NCBI GenBank assembly: GCA_963724215.1
Contig: CAVRTZ010000017.1
Span: 22,095 to 86,094, forward strand
Direction of reading: 5' to 3'
From: an uncultured Ignavibacteria bacterium
GTDB taxonomy: Bacteria; Bacteroidota; Ignavibacteria; UBA10030; SZUA-254
DNA length: 64,000 nt
The position numbers were made by a program, and so were the translations under genes. Below the pieces are notes generated by a model. The model did no database searches. It was not told the DNA's origin and saw only the letters and a list, made by a program, of their open reading frames with translations. Shown piece by piece: positions 43,267 to 53,892 of the stretch (its first letter is position 1; every line of letters starts with the position of its first letter).

Positions 43267-45522
43267 ATGGAACATCGCCCCGAAACGGCTCCTCATCGAC
43301 CGACGGCGGACATGGACGCGGCGTTGAAACTCGGCCTCACGCGCGAGGAATACGAAAAGATCCGTGGCATCCTTGGTCGCGATCCGAATTATTCGGAGCT
43401 GAGCATGTACAGCGTGATGTGGAGCGAGCACTGCAGCTACAAGAATTCGATCGCCGAGATCAAGAAGCTTCCCAGAAACGGCCCGCGGCTCCTCGCGAAG
43501 GCCGGTGAAGAGAACGCGGGGCTCGTGGACATCGGCGGAGGGTACGCCGTCGCGTTCAAGATCGAGAGCCACAACCACCCCTCGGCCGTGGAGCCCTACC
43601 AGGGGGCGGCGACCGGCGTCGGGGGGATACTGCGCGACATCTTCACCATGGGCGCGCGCCCGGTGGCGGCCCTGAACTCGCTGCGGTTCGGCGACCCGGG
43701 GAGTGCCCGCACCAGGTATCTCATCCGGGGGGTGGTGAAGGGGATCGGTGATTACGGCAACAGCTTCGGCGTTCCCACCGTCGCCGGGGAGATCTATTTC
43801 GATCCGAGTTATAACGAAAATCCCCTCGTCAACGCGATGGCCGTCGGCATCGTCAGGCACGACAGGGTGGTCAGGGCGATCGCCAGCGGGACCGGAAATC
43901 TCGTGATGATCGTCGGATCGTCCACCGGCCGGGACGGCATCCACGGCGCGACATTCGCCTCGGAAGAGATCTCGGAGGCGTCAGAGAGCAAACGGCCGTC
44001 GGTCCAGGTCGGTGACCCGTTCACCGAAAAGCTCCTCCTCGAGGCGACCCTGGAGGCGATTCGGGGGGGGTACGTGGTGGGGATGCAGGACATGGGGGCT
44101 GCGGGGATCACCTGTTCCACCTGCGAGATGAGCGCCAAGGGCGGGGCCGGTATCGACCTCGACCTCGGCAGGGTCCCCCTCAGGGAAACCGGCATGGAGC
44201 CGTTCGAAATCCTGCTTTCCGAATCACAGGAACGGATGCTCGTGATCGTTAAACCGGAACATGAATCGGAAGTGCGCAAGATTTTCGATAAGTGGGATTT
44301 ACAGTGCGAGATCATCGGCCGGGTAACGGAGAGTACCAGGGTTGAAATCAGGCGGGGAGCGGAACACGTCGGATCGGTGCCACCCGACACCCTTGTGCTC
44401 GGCGGGGGGGCGCCGGTGTACGTCAGGGAGAGAAGGGAACCTCGATACTTCAAGGAGTTACAGGCCCTCGATCTTTCCGCCTTCGGGGAACCGCCGGATT
44501 ACAACAGGGCGCTTTCCGACCTCCTCGGGGCGCCGAACATTTGCTCGCGCCGCTGGGTCACTGCCCAGTATGATTCGATGGTTCGGACGAACACGATAAA
44601 CGATTGTTATCTCGATGCTGCGGTCATCCGATTGAAAGAAACAGATACCGTTCTCGGGATGAAGACCGATTGCAATTCCCGGTATGTGTATCTCGATCCG
44701 TATATGGGAGCGATGATCGCGGTCGCCGAATGCGCCCGGAACCTTGTGGCTGTCGGGACGCGGCCGCTCGGTGTCACCAACTGCCTGAATTTCGGCAACC
44801 CGTATAAACCGGAGATCTACTGGCAGTTCAGCGAGGCCATCCGCGGTATCGGGGATGCCTGCCGGGTCCTCGGAACACCGGTGACAGGCGGAAATGTGAG
44901 CTTTTATAATGAAAATCCGGATGGTGCCGTCTATCCAACGCCGGTCATCGGCATGGTGGGCGAAACCGGGTCTTTGGATGCGACCATGACGGCCGATTTC
45001 AAGAACGCGGGAGACATCGTCGTTCTGCTGGGATCGACCTCGGGGCAGATCGGGGGTTCCGAGTATCTCTCGACCGTACACCGGACAGTCGGCGGTCGGA
45101 TCCCGACGCTCGATATTCAGGCCGAAAAACGGCTACAGGAGTTCGTCCTGGACCTGATCGGCGAAAAATTGATCAATTCGGCTCACGATTGCAGTGAAGG
45201 AGGATTGGCGATTGCGATCGCAGAATCCTTGATGGGGGCCGGCAGGAAAGGAAAGACGCTCGGTCTGGAGATGACATTCCCCGCAGGCATTCGACCAGAT
45301 TACTACCTGTTCGGTGAAGATCAGTCACGGATGGTAGTTTCGATGGTAGAGGTCAACTTCAAGAAAATAAGGGAGTTGGCTATACTGAAGAAAGTGCCGG
45401 TTCAGGAGATCGGGAGGATTAACGATACGGGAAAATTCGCAGTCGGGACGCTGATCAGTATGCCGGTGGCCCGAATGATCGAGGTCTATGACACATCCCT
45501 GGCCCGAAGAATCGTCGAATGA
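43267..45522 (+). CDS. purL: Phosphoribosylformylglycinamidine synthase subunit PurL
   Basis: [67 protein letters not shown]. Confidence 0.97.
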   Translation: MEHRPETAPHRPTADMDAALKLGLTREEYEKIRGILGRDPNYSELSMYSVMWSEHCSYKNSIAEIKKLPRNGPRLLAKAGEENAGLVDIGGGYAVAFKIESHNHPSAVEPYQGAATGVGGILRDIFTMGARPVAALNSLRFGDPGSARTRYLIRGVVKGIGDYGNSFGVPTVAGEIYFDPSYNENPLVNAMAVGIVRHDRVVRAIASGTGNLVMIVGSSTGRDGIHGATFASEEISEASESKRPSVQVGDPFTEKLLLEATLEAIRGGYVVGMQDMGAAGITCSTCEMSAKGGAGIDLDLGRVPLRETGMEPFEILLSESQERMLVIVKPEHESEVRKIFDKWDLQCEIIGRVTESTRVEIRRGAEHVGSVPPDTLVLGGGAPVYVRERREPRYFKELQALDLSAFGEPPDYNRALSDLLGAPNICSRRWVTAQYDSMVRTNTINDCYLDAAVIRLKETDTVLGMKTDCNSRYVYLDPYMGAMIAVAECARNLVAVGTRPLGVTNCLNFGNPYKPEIYWQFSEAIRGIGDACRVLGTPVTGGNVSFYNENPDGAVYPTPVIGMVGETGSLDATMTADFKNAGDIVVLLGSTSGQIGGSEYLSTVHRTVGGRIPTLDIQAEKRLQEFVLDLIGEKLINSAHDCSEGGLAIAIAESLMGAGRKGKTLGLEMTFPAGIRPDYYLFGEDQSRMVVSMVEVNFKKIRELAILKKVPVQEIGRINDTGKFAVGTLISMPVARMIEVYDTSLARRIVE

Positions 45523-45613
45523 TCGCCCAGAGTGATGCAGCCGGAGGAGCAGGGAGGGATGGGGTGCGATGTTGGGCTAATTGGAGAAATTCAGACCGAA
45601 AAGGGCAAAAGTA

Positions 45614-45641
45614 ACATTACATAATATATATTATGAGACAA
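45614..45641 (-). other. Candidate dif (XerC/XerD) chromosome dimer resolution site
   Basis: Minus strand TTGTCTCATAA-TATATA-TTATGTAATGT, an 11-6-11 layout with a perfect 16-bp palindromic core CATAATATATATTATG; intergenic between convergent genes. Confidence 0.75.
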
Positions 45642-45671
45642 ATGGTTTACCCATTCACGTCTTGAAACTAG

Positions 45672-45707
45672 TGTGGCCGGCGACTGTTTTCACGATCGTC
45701 GGCCACA
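45672..45707. terminator. Stem-loop between convergent genes (possible terminator)
   Basis: TGTGGCCGGCGA...TCGTCGGCCACA inverted repeat; no strong U-tract. Confidence 0.4.
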
Positions 45708-45747
45708 AGACTGCACTGCCTCCCGCTGCCGCCAGGTGTAACCGCGT

Positions 45748-46341
45748 TCAGAACCCGGCGATGATCCCCACGCTGAACATCGGCGCCCAGTCTTCGTACG
45801 GCGAGTTATCGTCCTGCAGGACGTCGAAGAGTACAGACGCCACAAGCGATACATTACCGGAAAGTTGTTTCACGACGCCTCCGCCGAGGTACAGGAACGG
45901 CACCCACTCTCGTTTGGTTTCCGTCAGGCTGGTCGGCCATTCGTAGCTCATCTGGACGTACTCAGCCTGCAGGTAGACGTTTGGATGGATGCGGGCATAG
46001 GTAAAGATCGAACCGCCGTAATTGCTCGCATTGAAGTCCGTACCGTACAGATCAGCGCTGACATATTCGTAGTTGAACCTCACTCCGGCCGACAACACAG
46101 GGTTGATATGGTACCCGATCATCGGAGACACCTCGATCGTCGAATAATCGCCGAACGTTGCACCGACATACCCGCCGAAGTAGAATTTACTCGGTGCTGA
46201 TTCCCCCTGGGGCTCGGCCGCCGGAGGCGGGACGGCTTTGATCGTATCGGTCGCCGCCGGCTTGACGGTGTCCGTCTGCTGTGTGAATGCGGTATTTGTG
46301 AAGAATAACAGTACAACGGCAATGAGTAGATAATTTTTCAT
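45748..46341 (-). CDS. Small outer-membrane beta-barrel protein
   Basis: Signal peptide MKNYLLIAVVLLFFTNTAFT, Pro/Thr linker, alternating aromatic beta strands, C-terminal Phe; GGAG RBS. Confidence 0.78.
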   Translation of the reverse strand: MKNYLLIAVVLLFFTNTAFTQQTDTVKPAATDTIKAVPPPAAEPQGESAPSKFYFGGYVGATFGDYSTIEVSPMIGYHINPVLSAGVRFNYEYVSADLYGTDFNASNYGGSIFTYARIHPNVYLQAEYVQMSYEWPTSLTETKREWVPFLYLGGGVVKQLSGNVSLVASVLFDVLQDDNSPYEDWAPMFSVGIIAGF

Positions 46342-46447
46342 TTTTTCTCCCTGATCTATATAGTGTGAAGACATTACGCCTGATCGACTCAGGTGGAATA
46401 TATCCAATTCATCGATAAAGTCCAATCAGCAGGCTGAAAATCGATCT

Positions 46448-46633
46448 TCAGTTCTCCGCTGATTTGCCGGACTTCCGTTCTTTTTTCAGCTCCGCCATCC
46501 GCAGATATAAGAGCATCCAACCGACTGCCAGGAAGAACATCCCGATGAACCATACGGAGATCCTCACGCCCAGGTCCGGGAGCTGACCCCCTCCCCCGTC
46601 CGGTTGTAGAATAAACATGATCAGGGAAATCAT
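46448..46633 (-). CDS. Small membrane protein translationally coupled to cytochrome b
   Basis: 61 aa; start overlaps the cytochrome b stop (ATGA); TM helix ISVWFIGMFFLAVGWMLLYL followed by a basic tail. Confidence 0.6.
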   Translation of the reverse strand: MISLIMFILQPDGGGGQLPDLGVRISVWFIGMFFLAVGWMLLYLRMAELKKERKSGKSAEN

Positions 46634-47673
46634 ATCGTCAGATAAGACATGGCGATGGCTGCGATGTTAAAAAGCAGAAATACTATTCCGACGAACCGCA
46701 GGATGCGTCCGTTCGCCCGGTCCAGCCAGGGCAATGCGAGGAGCCCGGCGAGGATCACCGCCACGCCGACGTTCACGACAATTTCACTCGCGATGCCTGC
46801 GATCGTTCCGGGCATGAGACGAATCACCTGAAACAACGGCAGGAAATACCATTCCGGTTTGATCCCGGGAGGCGGCGAAGCCAGGATATCGGCCTTCGGT
46901 CCCAGGACGGGAGGAAAATAGATCGATAGCGTGAACAGGAGCATTACGCCCAGGAGCCAGGCAAGCGCGTCCCTGACAATGAAATCGGGATAGAATCGGA
47001 TCTCCCCTGTTACGAGGGCCTTCGCGGGTGAAGCAGAGCCTGAAAATTGGTTTAAGACCAGATGGAAAAAGATGAATGCCATCGAAATCATCGGAAGGAT
47101 CACCGTGTGGACGCTGTACATCCTTGTCAATGTCGTCGCATCGACATAATCGCCGGCCCCGCGGAGAAGCGCGACGATGGACGGGCCGATGAACGGCAGC
47201 GATCCCGGGATCTCTGTTCCGATCTGGGTGGCGAAATAGCCCGACGTGTCCCAGGGGAGCAGGTGTCCTGTGAAGGCGAACCCGAACAGAATCAACATTA
47301 AGAGGACCCCGGATAACCATGTGAGTTCGCGGGGTTTCCGATATGCCCTGAAGAAATACTTCGAAGCGAAATGTGTGAGCGCGGAGAAGATCAGGAGGTG
47401 TGATGACCAGACGTGGACACCCCGGACGAACCATCCGAAGGAGACCGAGTTCACGATTTCCGTTACGCTCTCGTGCGCCGTTTCCGGCGCCGGGTGGTAG
47501 TACAGGGTGAGTAAGATCCCCGAAATGAGCTGAATGAGGAAGAAAAAGAGGGTCAGGCCGCCGAAGAGATACCACGATGTATGGCGATGTTCCGGCACCG
47601 TTTTACGGTCGAGGAACCGCAGAACCTCTCCGGATGGAGTCCTTTCAGCCAGCCACTGACCTAATCCGGGCAT
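46630..47673 (-). CDS. qcrB: Cytochrome b (unsplit) of Rieske/cytb complex 2
   Basis: GGLTLFFF, RGVHVWSSH...LTHF, PRELTW, TGHLLPWD, YSVH...FFHL, FYPDF, IKPEWYF. Confidence 0.93.
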   Translation of the reverse strand: MPGLGQWLAERTPSGEVLRFLDRKTVPEHRHTSWYLFGGLTLFFFLIQLISGILLTLYYHPAPETAHESVTEIVNSVSFGWFVRGVHVWSSHLLIFSALTHFASKYFFRAYRKPRELTWLSGVLLMLILFGFAFTGHLLPWDTSGYFATQIGTEIPGSLPFIGPSIVALLRGAGDYVDATTLTRMYSVHTVILPMISMAFIFFHLVLNQFSGSASPAKALVTGEIRFYPDFIVRDALAWLLGVMLLFTLSIYFPPVLGPKADILASPPPGIKPEWYFLPLFQVIRLMPGTIAGIASEIVVNVGVAVILAGLLALPWLDRANGRILRFVGIVFLLFNIAAIAMSYLTI

Positions 47674-47679
47674 TGCGGC

Positions 47680-48103
47680 CTAGAGGACGGTCACGATGAT
47701 GTCGTCGTTCTGCACCTCGACACGGTACGGCTGCAAAGGCCGCGGGGCGGGTCCGGAGAGGTTGTTCCCATCGGAATCGAACACACTTCCGTGGCAATTA
47801 CATCGAAATTTCTGTTCTTCATCGAGGAACTCGACCAGGCAACCCAGGTGGGTGCAGCGCGCGGAGAAGGCCCGGAGCTGCCCCGACTTCCGTTTCCTTG
47901 ACGAAGAGCGCGCTCTTCCCCTGCCGGAAGAGTTTCACCGCGCCCGGTACGAATGCGGATCGTTTTCCGGCGACCAGTGCGGAGGGTGCGCCATCCGCTT
48001 TTCCCGGTGGCATCAGATATTGCATAAATACGTAAAGAACAGGGAGCGAACAGATTGTCGCCCATGCAGTTAGTATCTTCTGGATGAAATTATTTCTGGT
48101 CAT
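47680..48103 (-). CDS. qcrA: Rieske [2Fe-2S] subunit of complex 2 (frameshift about 47883)
   Basis: N-terminal MTRNNFIQK plus TM helix; after the indel LRAFSARCTHLGCLV...FRCNCHGSVFD...GPAPRPL...IIVTVL-stop. Confidence 0.9.
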
Positions 48104-48118
48104 CAGCCGTCCTGGAGG

Positions 48119-48947
48119 CTATCCGCGCCGATCTGTCTCGTAGATTCCATTGAAGGTCACGACCGCGGGTCCGTCAAGTGTGATGTCTGTGACGATTGTT
48201 CCGGTGCGAAGAAACGAGACGAATCAGGGTTTCCCCGCTCAGGGGGGTGATCCTGACCTCACGGCTCCCCTCCCCCCCTTCCAGAAGCGCATACACCAGG
48301 GCGGCAGCCACGGCGCCGGTTCCACAGGCCCACGTCTCATCCTCCACCCCTCGCTCGTACGTCCGGATGATCAGCCGGTCCTTACCCTCGACGGTAACAA
48401 AATCAACATTCGTGCCGGATGGGCTAAAGGCCTCGTGATGGCGTATTTCCCTGCCTACGTCGACGACCGAGCGTGAATCGCGCCCGAATATGTCCCCGAC
48501 GATGACCAGGTGGGGCGATCCGGTATCGATGAAATGTCCCACGAGGTCGGCATTCCGGACTCTCAGGGAGACGTGCATCCTCGCGGGGCCTGGATCATCC
48601 ATCTGTAACTTCACCCCGTTGACGCTCCTTGCGGCCCGGTACGGTCTTCCGCAGGCAAGGAATGACACCTCGCTCCGGCCCAGGATCTCCATCAGGTACG
48701 ACGAGGCGCACCGGCCCCCGTTACCGCACATGCTCCCGGTGGACCCGTCGGCGTTGAAATATTCCATCGTGAAATCGGCGGTTGTCGCGGGCGTGACGAT
48801 GATGACCCCGTCGGCCCCGATGCCGCGCCGCCGGTCGCACATCGCGGGAACGACCGACCCCCACGCAGGGCCTGGTGTCCCCTCCAACCGGTCCACGACC
48901 ACGAAATCGTTTCCCGCGCCGCTCATTTTCAGGAATGGAATTTTCAT
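48119..48947 (-). CDS. dapF: Diaminopimelate epimerase (frameshift about 48205)
   Basis: KMSGAGNDF, GIGADG, MCGNGGRC, TGSPH, RTYERGVEDETWACGTG, C-terminal LDGPAVVTFNG. Confidence 0.95.
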
Positions 48948-48983
48948 GTCACGGTGTCCAGGTCAGGTTTCATGCCGTAATAT

Positions 48984-49012
48984 AAAAAAAATCCCGGCTG
49001 CAAAGCCGGGAT
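48984..49012 (-). terminator. Intrinsic terminator of ssrA
   Basis: Minus strand ATCCCGGCT-TTGC-AGCCGGGAT followed by a T-run, a few nt after the tmRNA 3' end. Confidence 0.85.
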
Positions 49013-49016
49013 CATG

Positions 49017-49370
49017 TGGAGATGCGGGGAATCGAACCCCGGTCCGAAGAGAAGACCACTCTACCCTCTACATCAATAGTCCGGCCTGATTGCTTCATCC
49101 GCTCTCGCCGGGCCGAACTCGGCTCAAGCAGACTATCCCGGTATTGTTTCGCCCTGCTACCCCGGAACCGCAGCAAGACTAGCCCGGTACAAGCGACACC
49201 CCGTTCCGACCACCCGGGCTAGATCGGGCGGGATGGGTTGCTTAGTTAATTAAGCAGCCAGTGCGTAATCGTAGTTCGCACTTATGGTTTTCCAGTTTTT
49301 TTGCGTGTGACCGGAGAACACGAGATGCCAGTAGAACCATCCTCATCCCCGTCGAATCCATGTCATCCCC
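49017..49370 (-). ncRNA. ssrA: tmRNA; tag reading frame (A)ANYDYALAA at 49279..49250
   Basis: 5' GGGGATGACATGGATTCGAC; 3' GGACCGGGGTTCGATTCCCCGCATCTCCA; G3-U70 acceptor stem; internal ATAAGT-GCG AAC TAC GAT TAC GCA CTG GCT GCT TAA. Confidence 0.96.
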
Positions 49371-50245
49371 TCAATCCAAAGATACGTAATTCAGTCCACG
49401 AATTCAACCGTGCAGGATGCCCGCCGCATATCGTTTGTCGTGAATTTTCTGCAAGTTCTTCTTTCATCACCGTGAACGCCTCTTCCGGGGTGTCCGCGAA
49501 CGTGAACAGCCGGGTGTCGGATTTCTCGATCACCCCCAGCCTGACCATTTCGCTGAAATTCAATATGGTATTCCAGTATTTCCGGCCGTAGAGGATGATC
49601 GGCATCGGTTTCGTGATCTTTTTCGTCTGGACCAGCGTCAGGACCTCGAGCAGTTCATCGAGCGTACCGAACCCGCCCGGGAACATGATCAGGCCTTTCG
49701 CCGGATAGAGGAACCAGAATTTCCTCATGAAAAAATAATGAAATTCGAATCCCAGTTCCTTGGAAACATAGGGGTTTGCGTCCTGCTCGAACGGCAGGCT
49801 GATGTTCAGTCCGACCGACCTGCCGCCCGCCTTGATGGCGCCCTTGTTCGCGGCCTCCATGATGCCCGGACCACCCCCCGAGCAGACCGCGAACTGCCGT
49901 CTCCTTATCAAGCGTCTTCGACCACCGGGAGAGAAGGAACGTCAGTTTGACGGCATCCTCGTAGTAGGCGGACATCTCGACGGCGACCCGGGCGTTCCCG
50001 AGCTCCTCCGGAACCCGGCCGGAGCCCGGTTTCCCCGCGCGGTGTTTCGACTCCAGGAGCGCGAGCTTTTTCTTCGCGACGGACCGCGGGAGGATCCTGG
50101 CCGAGCCGAAAACCACGATGGTGTTCCGGATACCCTCCTTCTTGAAACGGCCGAGCGGTTCGAGGAACTCCGAGAGGATCCGGATCGAACGGGCGATCGG
50201 GCTGTTCAGGAACTCGATATTTCTGTAGGCTTTGACTGGTTTCAT
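49363..50245 (-). CDS. LOG family (TIGR00730-like) nucleotide phosphoribohydrolase (frameshift about 49910; true 3' end uncertain)
   Basis: VFGSAR, SGGGPGIMEAAN, GLNISLPFEQ, FHYFFMRK, PGGFGTLDEL. Confidence 0.9.
49379..49407 (-). promoter_or_regulatory. Putative ssrA promoter
   Basis: Minus strand TTGAAT-N17-TATCTT, placing +1 about 2 nt from the mature tmRNA 5' end. Confidence 0.65.
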
Positions 50246-50255
50246 ACCTTTGAGA

Positions 50256-50981
50256 TCAGTTGATGGACCTTCCGCCGTCGGCCGTGAACACCTGGCCCGT
50301 GATATAGCCGCCCTTCCCGGCGAGGAAGACGACCAGATCGGTGATATCGTTCGGGGAGCCGTATCTCCGCAACGGGATCCGTCGTTTCGGGAGATGCCGG
50401 ATGCCGGTCTCCTCACCGGCGAGGATGATCGTCCCCGGCGCGACGGCGTTCACCCTGATCGCCGGGGCGAGGCCCCTCGCGAGGCACTTCGTCAGCATCA
50501 CCACGCCGGCCTTCGACACCGAGTAGGGCAGGTATCCCGACCAGGCCTGCAGGCCCCCGACGGAGGCGATGTTGACGATCGAGCCTCCACCCTTCCGCTT
50601 CATGACCCTCGCGGCGGCCTGTGAACAGAAGAACATCCCCTTGAGGTTCGTGTCGAGGGCGTCGTCCCAGGATTTCTCGGTCGTCGTGAAGACCGTGCTC
50701 TCCCTGAAGACCGCGGCGTTGTTGACGAGGAGATCGACCCTCCCGTAGGTCCGGATCGCCTGCGCGATGACGGCTTTCGCGCCGGCGGGTTTCCTGATGT
50801 CGGATTGCACGTGGACGGCGGAGCCGCCCTCCCGCGTAATCGCCCTGACGACGGCGAGCGCGCCCTTCCGGGAGCGGTTGAAATGGACGACGATGGAGTA
50901 ACCCTCGCGGTGCAGGGCGATGGCGATCGCCCTCCCGAGCCGGATCCCGGCGCCCGTCACGACGGCGACCGGACGTTTCAT
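50256..50981 (-). CDS. SDR oxidoreductase, pteridine reductase/FolM-like
   Basis: TGAGIRLGRAIA, VVHFNRS, NNAAVF, YSVSKA, LAPAIRVNAVAPG, ADGG. Confidence 0.85.
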   Translation of the reverse strand: MKRPVAVVTGAGIRLGRAIAIALHREGYSIVVHFNRSRKGALAVVRAITREGGSAVHVQSDIRKPAGAKAVIAQAIRTYGRVDLLVNNAAVFRESTVFTTTEKSWDDALDTNLKGMFFCSQAAARVMKRKGGGSIVNIASVGGLQAWSGYLPYSVSKAGVVMLTKCLARGLAPAIRVNAVAPGTIILAGEETGIRHLPKRRIPLRRYGSPNDITDLVVFLAGKGGYITGQVFTADGGRSIN

Positions 50982-50985
50982 CTGG

Positions 50986-52026
50986 TTATTCCTGGACTTC
51001 ATACTCGGCGTAACCATGGGGGAGGCCGGAGAGGACCCTGCAGGGTATGGTGTGCCCATCTCCGTCCTGGATGAAGTCGTACTCTGCGTCCGTCACACGC
51101 AGACGTCGGTATCCCAGGCCGATCCAGGCCTTGTGCAGGGGGGAATAGGTCGTACTGGTGATTCGACCGGCTTCGCGGTCGCCCTGGAACACCTTTCCCG
51201 GTGACACGGAGTCGCCCGTCATAGTCGCGGCAGGATGAAGAGCGTGAGGATGTTTTGAAGCTTCCGGTAGGTGTCGAGACGGGCGATCACCTCCTGTCCG
51301 ACGTAACATCCTTTCGAAAAATTGATATACTGTTTCAGCCCCGCCTCGAGGGCGTTGACGTCCGGACCCGAGCTCCCGGCCGCGGACGGGACGGATTCTT
51401 CGATCCTCACGGTCTCAAAGGCGGCGGGCTCGGCGATGGGGAATGTCCAAGCCCTGCCACGGCGGTGCGGGTGCGGAGCTCATCTTCCCCTCCTTCGGCC
51501 GCCGGTACGAACAGAAAACCGGGGATCGACCCGAGATCCTCGCGGATGATGCCGGCCGGTCGGGATATTCTGTATGATCGCCGGTGTATCCGGGCCATAG
51601 ATCGACGCCAGCAGCGTCTGGCCGCCGGGAGCGGTCAACCGGACATCGTCCATGATGATGAACTTCCCGAGCCAGCGAGCGAGTTCCTCCCCGCTCCCGG
51701 GGCTTCCGATGACGATCGCCTCGTCCCCGACCCTCGCGACGGTGACCAGATCGATCAACCTCCCCTTCTCGTTGATGATGACGCTCCGCCTGGACTCGCC
51801 GTCGCTGATTGTCTTCAGGTCGTTCGTCGACATCCTGTGGAGATAATCGAATGCATCCGTTCCTTCGGCGCGGATGATGGTACGTGGGAGGATCAGTGAG
51901 GCTGCCGCTTCCCTCATCAGCCGGTAGCCCGGGGGATGACCCGCCAGTCACCAGGTCCCGTTCGTTTCTCCACGTGGCGGGCGTTTCGTTCAACATGGAC
52001 CGGAGTTGGTCGATCGCTGGGTGCAC
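50986..52026 (-). CDS. ygfZ: YgfZ/GcvT-like folate-binding protein (frameshifted; start uncertain)
   Basis: [48 protein letters not shown] signature. Confidence 0.85.
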
Positions 52027-53085
52027 TCGAAGAGATCACAGCAGGTATGACAGACCCGTTTGTACGCTTTGTACCCGACGAATTCGATCTCAGCCGAAAG
52101 ATGGGTGGGAGCCGGGCATTCCGTCCTGAGGAGGTCCGTGCTGAGGTATTTCTTGTTATCGTCAGGGAAGACGGTGACGACGACGGCGTCCGGACCGAGT
52201 TCGTTCTGAGCCTTCACGGCGCCGATGAAGTTGCACCCGGAGGAGATCCCCACCCCCAGCCCCATCTGCGCCGCCATCTTCTGCGCGGCGATGATGGAAT
52301 CGCCGTCACTCACGCCGATGACCGGATCCAGGAACCGCAGGTCGACGATGGCGGGAATGAATTCGTCGGAGATGCCCTGGATGCGGTGTTTCCCGATTTT
52401 GTGGCCCGTCGACAGCGTCGGAGATTCCAACGGTTCGAGCGGGTGGACCCTGATCGACGGATCCTGTCTTCTTCAGGAACCGCCCGACCCCCATGATGGT
52501 GCCGCCGGTTCCCACGCCAGCCACGAACGCGCGCGGCTTCGTGGAGAGGAAGGAGAGCTGCCACCATAATTCCGGTCCCGTGGTCTCCTCGTGGGCCTCC
52601 ACGTTCGAGGGATTGTCGAACTGGCTCGGCAGAAAAACATCCCCCCGCTCCTTCGCCAGCGCTTCCGCCCGGGCGATGCACCCGAGGAACCCGCCCTCAT
52701 CGCGGCTGATCGGGACGATGCGGGCGCCCATGCTCCTGATGAGGTCCGCCCTCTCCCTGCTCATCCAATCAGGCATGAAAATCACGACCGGGTGGCCCAG
52801 GGCCCTGCCGATCGCGGAAAAGGATATTCCCGTGTTACCGCTGGTCGCCTCGGCGATCGTGTACCCTTCGCGGATGGCCCCGGCCCCGTACGCCCTGCGC
52901 AGGATGTGATACGCCATCCTGTCCTTGATGCTTCCGGTCATATTGACGTACTCGGCCTTGGCGTAGATCAGCCGGTCCTGGTTCTTGTACCGGTAATGGA
53001 TTTCGAGCAACGGCGTGTTACCGATGATGTGCTGCAGTCCCTTGAACCTGGACTTCTCACCGAATTCAGCCGCGTCGCTCTTCAT
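51990..53085 (-). CDS. PLP-dependent cysteine synthase family protein (frameshift about 52465)
   Basis: [45 protein letters not shown]. Confidence 0.9.
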
Positions 53086-53189
53086 GGGTGTTAAACACGG
53101 ATTGAACGGAGGTCGTGGATTACTGGCGCCGGAATGCCGGTCGCCGTGACAAGCGCTTCTTCCCGTCGCCGGGAGGGTTAAGGCAGGGA

Positions 53190-53218
53190 AATTTACAGAT
53201 TTGCTGAAGAAATGTCAA
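53190..53218 (-). promoter_or_regulatory. Putative sigma70-type promoter for the cysteine synthase operon
   Basis: Minus strand TTGACA-N17-TAAATT. Confidence 0.7.
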
Positions 53219-53251
53219 AAACCGGGGCGTGTTCGTTTGCGGGTACCAGGG

Positions 53252-53593
53252 TCAGTACGAGTAGCTGGCGAGGGCCCGCCCTACGGTTTCATACGTGTCG
53301 AAGATCTGCACCAGCCTTGTTTTGGTGAAGATGTTCTCCAGATGCTCGTCCAGGCCCGCGATGCGTATGTCCCCTCCCTTGCTTCGGACGGATTTGACCG
53401 CATTCAGGAGTGCGGAAAGTCCCTGGCTGTTGATCGTGTTGAGCTTCCCGAAGTCGAAGACGATCTTCCTGATGTTGTCGGTGGTCAGGCTGATGATTTT
53501 CTGTTCGAGGACGGTGCCGTCCTCTTCGTCGAGCAGTTCACCGCTGAGGGCGACGACCGCGATTTCCCCGCGGATATGTTCCTCCAGATGCAT
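53252..53593 (-). CDS. STAS-domain anti-sigma factor antagonist
   Basis: VVALSGEL, IVFDFGKLNTINSQGLSALL, GGDIRI, TRLVQIFDTY; GGAGG RBS. Confidence 0.9.
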   Translation of the reverse strand: MHLEEHIRGEIAVVALSGELLDEEDGTVLEQKIISLTTDNIRKIVFDFGKLNTINSQGLSALLNAVKSVRSKGGDIRIAGLDEHLENIFTKTRLVQIFDTYETVGRALASYSY

Positions 53594-53800
53594 AACGCCT
53601 CCATGTACTGTGTTTGACCTCAAACCCCGTGGAACGGTCCATCCGGGACTAGTGACAGATACGGAGGGGAGTGGAAAAGGTTACGGTGCCGCGCGTGTCC
53701 TGGCGAAGGGGATGGAGGAGTATCGAGCCCGGGGGATCCTTGGCCCGGATCGAAAGAAATCAGCGATTCGTGTGAATGGTGTGAGTCGGGAATTGAGGAG

Positions 53801-53873
<73 letters not shown>

Positions 53874-53892
53874 AAAAACGCCGTCGGGGAAA

